Shown: one piece after another, positions 50,231 to 56,575 of the stretch
Layout: every line of letters starts with the position of its first letter
Numbering within the stretch: position 1 is the stretch's first letter
NCBI GenBank assembly: GCA_002687355.1
Contig: NYZZ01000036.1
Coordinates: 1-56,575, forward strand
Length of the DNA stretch: 56,575 nt
Source: Methanobacteriota archaeon
GTDB taxonomy: Archaea; Thermoplasmatota; Poseidoniia; MGIII; CG-Epi1
Direction: 5' to 3'
Notes under the pieces: generated by a model
Seen by the model: the letters and a program-made list of their open reading frames with translations, nothing else
The model's database searches: none
Told to the model about the DNA's origin: nothing
Made by a program: the position numbers and the translations under genes

Positions 50231-51327
50231 CAGTCACCTCGATAGTCGGCGGGGTCGAAGTACCAGCGGTCCTGGTCAGGGTCCCAGTCATCCCAGGTTG
50301 GAATCGCCTCGAGCGCTTTCAGGTAGCGCTCCGGAACGACACCAGGAACCAAAAACGCCTTCTGGCGTCTCAGAGGATAGGGATTGCGCAGCTCTATTCC
50401 CAGCACACCCAGAATACCACGCGCGACGTACCAAGCAGCCTGTGGATTCCAGCCGTGGGCTATCTTGACAACTATTCCGAGACCCTCAGAATAGTCATCA
50501 TGGTCAATAGCCAGCCCAAGAAGTCCGTCGGCACCCTCCTTGGCAATTACGCGACCGTGGCCCGACTTGATGACTGTCGTATCGAGCCGGTTGAAACCGC
50601 CGACCAAGTCGGGGTGGCGCACCATTGCCTCCCATATCCAGTCCTCTTTGCGGTCGCGTACCAGCCCGGAATAGCACATAGCTAACTCGTTGACTGTGTT
50701 TGAGAGCGTCGGCAGTCCATCGCCATCTCGAGCTATGCGCTGTGGCTCCCATTTTGCGCCAAGGTAACGACGCACTTGCTCTAAGAATGCAAAAAAGAAA
50801 GGATGGCTCGGCAACGTGTAACCTGCACGGTTCCATCCCTTAGCACGGCAACCACGCAAAATGGCCGCATGTTGACCTGACGAATTGGAATACCAGCGGC
50901 GAGAACGGCGCACCTGTCGGCCAAACTGTACCAGCGGTGTGTCAAGAGGAGTCTGCATCAGACCCCAGTCGGAACGCGGCAGCAACGACTGTGCTGCGCG
51001 CACGTGCTCGGAAGTGCCGTTGTGGCTCGCGACGGTGATTGCCCTTTGCTCCCACTCCAGCTCCGCCAATTCATCAGTGAATACCTTCAGCATTAGCGGT
51101 TTCATCATCGAGCGACCGTAGCAGAGAACATTACCTCCGAAACTGTGAATGACCTCGTCGCCGTGGGACCAGGCTACCGCACCGTGAATAGTGGTTTCCG
51201 AGACTCCATTGCGCCGATAATCCACAAGCGGTTCCCACTCAACATCACGGCCAGTCGGAACATCACCCTCCAGTTCACCCAGTGGACTCTCTGGGTAGAG
51301 TTGAACCTTGTCAACAGGGTGACTCAC
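50230..51327 (-). CDS. L-asparaginase II (Rhizobium etli type) family amidohydrolase, divergent
   Basis: RSMMKP, ASHNG, NSSGQH (canonical NCSGKH), DGDGLP, AKEGADG. Confidence 0.78.
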   Translation of the reverse strand: MSHPVDKVQLYPESPLGELEGDVPTGRDVEWEPLVDYRRNGVSETTIHGAVAWSHGDEVIHSFGGNVLCYGRSMMKPLMLKVFTDELAELEWEQRAITVASHNGTSEHVRAAQSLLPRSDWGLMQTPLDTPLVQFGRQVRRSRRWYSNSSGQHAAILRGCRAKGWNRAGYTLPSHPFFFAFLEQVRRYLGAKWEPQRIARDGDGLPTLSNTVNELAMCYSGLVRDRKEDWIWEAMVRHPDLVGGFNRLDTTVIKSGHGRVIAKEGADGLLGLAIDHDDYSEGLGIVVKIAHGWNPQAAWYVARGILGVLGIELRNPYPLRRQKAFLVPGVVPERYLKALEAIPTWDDWDPDQDRWYFDPADYRGD

Positions 51328-52562
51328 TGTAACGCCTCCACCTGTGGCACGACCTTGCTCATGAACACTTCCATATTATGCACAACTCGCGGAGAATCGT
51401 GGTTGAAGAAATCGAACCAGGCCATCACGCAATCTTCAGAATCAAACCGTTCCGCCAGCTGACCAGCGACTTCCTCAGCATTACCGATTACCGCATTATC
51501 GGCAGCGTTAGCTACCTTCATTGGATCTATCGTCCCCTCAAGCGCAGCCCAATAACTGCCAAGTGCCTGTTGTGCTTCCTCGCGAGCGGCAGACGAGCGT
51601 TCAGTCGCAGTCAATCCTGGCTCTTCATTCAAGAACACCATCACTGTGCGCGGCATGTAGTGGCGTTGCCATGGTCCACCGTCGGAGTGGTAGCATTCAC
51701 GCATGCGCGTATGCGTGGCCTCAATCACTTCCGGCAGTGTAATTGAAAGGTTGAATGTCTTGACTGGGCGCCACTGATTACATGCTACCTGCAATTCAGG
51801 ATCATGGCTGCCGAGGACTAGATCCAGCAACTCCTGCCGCCATTCCTGCGGGATTGTCTTGATTTCCTCGAACTCATAACGCCGTGGGATGGGGATTGCA
51901 TCTAGTGCTGCAGCAAGTGAATCGCGCTCAACTACTGCATCTTGTACTGCCTTCCAGTCATCATCAGAACGGAAATTATCGCGCGTTAGAACAGTTTCAC
52001 GCACCATCTCACTGCTCAACACCTCGCCATTGAGTAGTCGCAGGAAGATTTCGCACGCCTCGGCAAAAATTTGTCCACGTAGTGCCGGCCACGCCACTTC
52101 TTCCACGGCATCGTGCGGCACAATTCCGTAGGGACGTGCCATGAATTCGAAGCGGCCGGCAGAGAAACCAATGCGTAACCGCCGTTCCTCGGTGGGGTCC
52201 AGCCCGTGCAGCGCCAGGAACGCGCCGGTGCGTTCTGCTACACTGACTGGGCCACCGTGTGTCAGTAAACTCATGACGGCACTGCCGACCTCAATACGCT
52301 GTGTACGGGCGAAACAGAGCTGCGCCAACTGGAAAAAGTCAGTGCAAAGCCCCACTTCGCCTTCCCAGTGCGGCACCACCGGCTGCCGGTTGCGCTTCTG
52401 CACTTCGGTAGAGAGGTGCGCTTGGGCGACCCACGCCGTGCCGAATCCAAGCGCATCGGCAGCCTCCAGCTGCGTAAAGAAATTCTGATACATCTCCGCC
52501 TCGCTCGGTAATTGCCCCGCAACCGGTGTATGGCAGATAGAGAGGAATATGTCGAACAGCAT
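51324..52562 (-). CDS. Luciferase-like (LLM) flavin-dependent oxidoreductase/monooxygenase
   Basis: ADALGFGTAWVAQAH, TQRIEVGSAV, RLRIGFSAG, IGNAEEV, MEVFMSKVVP. Confidence 0.83.
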   Translation of the reverse strand: MLFDIFLSICHTPVAGQLPSEAEMYQNFFTQLEAADALGFGTAWVAQAHLSTEVQKRNRQPVVPHWEGEVGLCTDFFQLAQLCFARTQRIEVGSAVMSLLTHGGPVSVAERTGAFLALHGLDPTEERRLRIGFSAGRFEFMARPYGIVPHDAVEEVAWPALRGQIFAEACEIFLRLLNGEVLSSEMVRETVLTRDNFRSDDDWKAVQDAVVERDSLAAALDAIPIPRRYEFEEIKTIPQEWRQELLDLVLGSHDPELQVACNQWRPVKTFNLSITLPEVIEATHTRMRECYHSDGGPWQRHYMPRTVMVFLNEEPGLTATERSSAAREEAQQALGSYWAALEGTIDPMKVANAADNAVIGNAEEVAGQLAERFDSEDCVMAWFDFFNHDSPRVVHNMEVFMSKVVPQVEALQ

Positions 52563-52564
52563 GC

Positions 52565-53302
52565 TCAGATGGACGACAGCCGCCCACCATCGACTGGGAG
52601 CACGACACCGCGTACGAAGCCCGCCTCCGGCGACGCGAGGAACGCAATCACCGCCCCTAGTTCCGAGGGCTGTGCTAATCGACCTTCCGGGACAGTAGCA
52701 AGCCACGCTTTTTCGACAGCGTCAGGTGTAACTCCGCGCTGCTTTGCCAACGACTGCTTCAGCTCATCCAGCCGCTGTGTCGCAGTATAGCCCGGCAGGA
52801 TGGAGTTGATGGTGACACTGGGCGGTAGTTCTTTGGATAGTGTCTTGGCCCACGCGGCCATCGCACCTCGCACCGTATTGCTGACTCCCAGTCCTGGAAT
52901 CGGCTCCTTGACCGATGTCGAGATTATGTTAATAATACGGCCGTAGCCCGCCTCGCGCATCCCCGGCAGCAGTAGCTTCACTAACGTATGCGACGCGAAG
53001 AGGTGGCGCCGTAGCGCTTTCTCGAAATCGGCTGGCGCTGCTTCAAGCAATGGTCCCGCGGGAGGACCTGCTGAGTTGTTGACCAGCACCTCGAACGCGC
53101 CATTAGCGTCTAGCTCTGCTTTTATAGTGGTCGTCAGTGTTGTAATGTCTTCCAGATCGCACGCCAATGTATTGGTACCAGTGGCGGAACGCGCCAGGAT
53201 TGTGACTGTAGCACCGCGCTCGCGTAGCGCCTCTGCAGATGCTGCACCAATGCCGTGCGTGCCGCCGCAAACCAACGCACGTTTCCCGGAGAGGTTACCC
53301 AT
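52565..53302 (-). CDS. Short-chain dehydrogenase/reductase
   Basis: ALVCGGTHGIG, LVNNSAGP, GRIINI, SNTVR at the YxxxK position, PGYTAT, PVDGG. Confidence 0.88.
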   Translation of the reverse strand: MGNLSGKRALVCGGTHGIGAASAEALRERGATVTILARSATGTNTLACDLEDITTLTTTIKAELDANGAFEVLVNNSAGPPAGPLLEAAPADFEKALRRHLFASHTLVKLLLPGMREAGYGRIINIISTSVKEPIPGLGVSNTVRGAMAAWAKTLSKELPPSVTINSILPGYTATQRLDELKQSLAKQRGVTPDAVEKAWLATVPEGRLAQPSELGAVIAFLASPEAGFVRGVVLPVDGGRLSSI

Positions 53303-54287
53303 TTTCTCCTCCTGCAAAGCCATAGAATTCTGCGTTTTCCAGCTGTGGAAGTGCATTCTTCCGAATCAGAAGTGTGCGCACCGCCCAGAGGTCGCCAAAC
53401 ACACGCCACTGCGTCGTTGAGTCGAGGTAGTCTACTCCGCTCGAGCCGCCAGTCCCGGTACGTCGACCGATAATGCGCTCGACCATACGAGCGTGAGACG
53501 AGCGCCAAAGCACCATCTGCTCCTCCAGTTCAACTAGCGTGTCGACCAGTCGTCGCGGCCATGCCAGCAATGGCAACTCGCGGTAGGACTCAATGAAGAG
53601 CAAACCCGCGCGGGCGCGGTCCACTCCCCCATCGGGCGCGAGGAACTCGCGTGCGCCCTCAGCCTCGGCGGTAAAGCGCGCCTTGATTTCAGGCGTGCCA
53701 CCGTACTCCTCCGCCGTCTCGACGCCGAGCGTGGCGTGAGCTGCGAGGTAGTCATCGATGAAGCGGGTGACTATCGTATCGTCGCCTGCGTCGTCCGGTG
53801 CGGAACCCATAATGGGTGTGCGCGCCAGCCAGTCACTCACGACGGCGACCAACGGTCGTTTTTCGGCTGGACCTGGCAAGTCACGCTGCTCCCCGTCACG
53901 CAGCTGCGGTCCTAACAGCATCTCCATTTCGCGCATCTGGAATGACTGGAAGCCGGAGGCGGTACCGAGCTTGTCGCGGAAGTTCAGAAACTCCTGTGGC
54001 GTAAGTGTCTCCATTACCTTCCACTGCTGCGCCATCAGTCGGAAGGTTTCGATAACCCGGCGCAGGTGGTGCACCGCACGCGGGATGCGCTCTTCGGCAA
54101 CGTAGTCGCGGTCTAGGATGTCACGCGCCGCGCGCAGCTCCGAAATCACCAGCTTGAACCACAATTCAAAATTCTGATGGACCAGAATAAAATGAAGCTC
54201 ATCGGACGATGGTTTACCGTCTGTACCTTCCTGTAGCGCTAGCAATTCATCCAGCTGCAGGTACTCGGAGTAGCTCGGGGGCATCAT
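53295..54287 (-). CDS. kynA: Tryptophan 2,3-dioxygenase
   Basis: YSEYLQLDELL, DELHFILVHQNFELWFK, FRDKLGTASGFQS, RMVERIIG..TGTGGSSGVDYL. Confidence 0.93.
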   Translation of the reverse strand: MMPPSYSEYLQLDELLALQEGTDGKPSSDELHFILVHQNFELWFKLVISELRAARDILDRDYVAEERIPRAVHHLRRVIETFRLMAQQWKVMETLTPQEFLNFRDKLGTASGFQSFQMREMEMLLGPQLRDGEQRDLPGPAEKRPLVAVVSDWLARTPIMGSAPDDAGDDTIVTRFIDDYLAAHATLGVETAEEYGGTPEIKARFTAEAEGAREFLAPDGGVDRARAGLLFIESYRELPLLAWPRRLVDTLVELEEQMVLWRSSHARMVERIIGRRTGTGGSSGVDYLDSTTQWRVFGDLWAVRTLLIRKNALPQLENAEFYGFAGGENG

Positions 54288-54307
54288 CTGCCGAGCGGCG
54301 AGCGGTT

Positions 54308-56569
54308 TTAGTCGCTTCGGCGTCTTTTCAGCGCGATTATGGACATAGCGACCAAAGTAATGAGTAAGGATGTCGCAGGCAGTCTGGTATCGTCGTCTGT
54401 ATCGTATGTCTGCTCAGTGGTATCGTTAGCGGGAGGATTGCTAGTCTCGTCGACGGGAGGGTCGCCAGTGTTGTTAACGGGAGAGTCACCTGTCCCATTC
54501 CCACTAGCCGCTTGATATTCGACAACGATTACTTGCTGGTCTGCGAGAAGGGTCAAGTCCCAGCTATCGTATGCCACACCATCCACTTTCATAGTCAATG
54601 TGTGGTTGGCATCAGCAACCATATGCATGACTTGTTCTGCCGAGAAAGGCTGTCCCCAGATGTTGAAGAATGTACCTAAGTAAACTGGAGTCGACTCAGG
54701 TGTTTCGATGTGCAGTTTCCCACTAGCGTCGTGCGTGTGGATGGCATGCATGCCATTCGGGCAGGCATCGGTATCGATACCTGTGTTAGCCGGTATCGTT
54801 AGTGAGGTACCGTTGTCGAGAATTACCAGCATGATGTGGATGTGTTGTGCAAGGCCAGAATGATCGTCGAGGCAAACCTCCTCAAGTGGAGTTGACACTG
54901 TACCGCCGTTCTGGGTAAAGGTACAGCCATTACGATACACAGGTTCCCCGTAAGGTGATTCTGCGCACTCATCATCCGGGTCGACGATGCCATCACCATC
55001 AGCGTCGGGCGGCGCAGGCGGGTTGTTACCGCTGTAGGCGTCCAGAACCGGTTCCTGACCAGCAGCGTCGTACTGTGCCTGCGTACAACCACGCGGGAAT
55101 ATCGGCTCCCCGTCAGGCCACACCGTAGTGGGCGTGTCGGCACAGTTGTCCCAGCCGTTGCTGACACCGTCTTCATCGTCATCGGGCAGGCCACCGCCGG
55201 GTGGTTCACCTCCACCGCCGTTGTTGGTATTCGAGAGGTCTGGTACACCGCGATAACAGTAGATGAAATACGGGAATGCGTTGTTGGTGGAGATGGTACC
55301 GTCACCATCTGCGACGGGAGGTGTCGAGTAGTAGTGGTATATTCCATCCGGAAATTCGGGAGTCGCACCGAAACGGCCATTGCACGCATCAAGATCTCCA
55401 GAGCCTGCCTCGAAATGGTAATCCTGAATACCATTCTCACCCGCGGCTCCGTCATTCAGAAGGTAGGCCGAGCGAATCAGCTTCACACTACCATCACCTT
55501 CCCACCCGTAAGAGCCGTAAATTGGGTAGCCATCGAACGAGAAACCTATAATCGGTGAATGCTCGGTTTCATCTACTTGGCTGAAGTCATAATCAGTCCA
55601 GACGATATCATCATCCTCTTCGACAACGGATACCGACCCCTCCATTCCTCCGTGAAAATTGCAGCCATAATCATACGTTCCAGTCTCTGTGAATGTATAT
55701 GACCAAGTCGCTCCCTCTCCTATAGTTCCAGAGTGAAAATAATCGTCTTCCGCTGTTACGGTGTGGGAGCTGTCATCATCGTTAGTCCAGGTTACAGTGT
55801 CACCGACGTTGATTGTCAGGTCCTCAGGCAGGAAATCCTTGTCATCTGTTATTGTTACTTGATGGGTTTCTCCCTCATTTCCAGGGTGCCAGTGGACACA
55901 ATTGGAATCGAAATGATAGTGGTAGGTGCCACCGGGCCCGGAGTGGCCGCCGCAGACGCCGAGCCAGATATTCTGTTCCGTCTCCTCGTACTGTCCAATC
56001 TGTGTCGCCACAGCATCACCCCCGGGACCGTCCTCCGGCCCGTAGATGGGAGCGCCATTCAGTGCCACTGCAACAGGACCCAGTTCAGGCGCCAGCTCGC
56101 AGCCGTCCGCCGATGCTACAGGATTGCAGTCGGTGTCGTTGGTGGGTGAGAGAGGGAACCGCCACTCGTAATCCTGGGGTTCGACGCCATTCGTGCCTTG
56201 CCCTCCCGGGCCGGAATAGTGGTCGTGGTGCGGGACGCCACTCGTAGCGACAACCAGCTCGTCAGCGGTGAACGCCAGTTCGACTTCGCACTCGAGCGCC
56301 TTGGAATAATTCAGGTCCTGCACTGTCACCGCTTCCTGGCAGAGCCAGAGCGATCGTAGAAGCGCTTCCAAATCGTCGCCTTCCGGATTGTCGGCAGCCA
56401 CCGGGACTATTGCAAGAGGTGATAGTACCATCAAAAGAGCAATCGCAACGGCTATTGGACGCGTCAGGGTAGTGAGGCTGGGGCGCAGAAGGATAGTGCC
56501 AAAGAGTGCACAGAGCGAAATGTTGAAGGATGTGAACCACAGCAACAGGTCTATCTCGATGCCTTGCAT
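54308..56569 (-). CDS. Secreted mosaic protein: YHYH domain, inserted cupredoxin, DxDxDG repeats, His-rich domain, C-terminal anchor (start uncertain)
   Basis: VALNGAPIY, TYHYH, IGFSFDGYPIYG, DLDACNG, YHYY; HTVT...CNFHGGM; DDDEDG and DADGDG; HIH...HTHD; LPA + TM + KRRR. Confidence 0.8.
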   Translation of the reverse strand: MQGIEIDLLLWFTSFNISLCALFGTILLRPSLTTLTRPIAVAIALLMVLSPLAIVPVAADNPEGDDLEALLRSLWLCQEAVTVQDLNYSKALECEVELAFTADELVVATSGVPHHDHYSGPGGQGTNGVEPQDYEWRFPLSPTNDTDCNPVASADGCELAPELGPVAVALNGAPIYGPEDGPGGDAVATQIGQYEETEQNIWLGVCGGHSGPGGTYHYHFDSNCVHWHPGNEGETHQVTITDDKDFLPEDLTINVGDTVTWTNDDDSSHTVTAEDDYFHSGTIGEGATWSYTFTETGTYDYGCNFHGGMEGSVSVVEEDDDIVWTDYDFSQVDETEHSPIIGFSFDGYPIYGSYGWEGDGSVKLIRSAYLLNDGAAGENGIQDYHFEAGSGDLDACNGRFGATPEFPDGIYHYYSTPPVADGDGTISTNNAFPYFIYCYRGVPDLSNTNNGGGGEPPGGGLPDDDEDGVSNGWDNCADTPTTVWPDGEPIFPRGCTQAQYDAAGQEPVLDAYSGNNPPAPPDADGDGIVDPDDECAESPYGEPVYRNGCTFTQNGGTVSTPLEEVCLDDHSGLAQHIHIMLVILDNGTSLTIPANTGIDTDACPNGMHAIHTHDASGKLHIETPESTPVYLGTFFNIWGQPFSAEQVMHMVADANHTLTMKVDGVAYDSWDLTLLADQQVIVVEYQAASGNGTGDSPVNNTGDPPVDETSNPPANDTTEQTYDTDDDTRLPATSLLITLVAMSIIALKRRRSD

Positions 56570-56575
56570 GAATCC

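Noticed and set aside
52563..52706. N-terminal extension of the LLM ORF (similar extensions at 20397, 27289, 38873 and 10331)
   Set aside because: Each overlaps a neighbouring real gene, and downstream starts fit operon coupling or promoter spacing better.

Overview
Gene-dense chromosomal segment of an archaeon. Archaea-type markers are GatD, Cgi121, Dph6, a DUF357-like protein, an archaeosortase with PGF-CTERM proteins, and the archaeal mevalonate enzymes. Bacterial-type genes are gyrB, xseAB, sufBCDSU with an Rrf2 regulator, single-chain gcvP, ribA, uppP and a small TopIB. This mix fits marine Thermoplasmatota (Marine Group II/III), which is inference only. I recognised no rRNA, tRNA, CRISPR array or mobile element. 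The best candidate for an undescribed system is a 9-gene tryptophan-catabolism cluster (45670-54287). It links tryptophan 2,3-dioxygenase to a 2-aminophenol-type meta-cleavage module (amnB, amnA, amnC-like, RidA) and has no recognisable kynB, kynU, kmo or 3-HAO. Instead it carries a luciferase-like monooxygenase, an SDR, an asparaginase-II homologue with altered Zn ligands and a stand-alone formyltransferase. Other highlights: a membrane protein with six (Y/H)NSSKSN-type cassettes next to a methyltransferase; a clustered archaeal mevalonate pathway with a fused phosphomevalonate dehydratase; an ACBP-SnoaL fusion; a Dph6-GATase pair; an IscR-like box at the suf promoter; and a YHYH-cupredoxin mosaic surface protein. 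All calls come from motif recognition by eye, and no searches were run.
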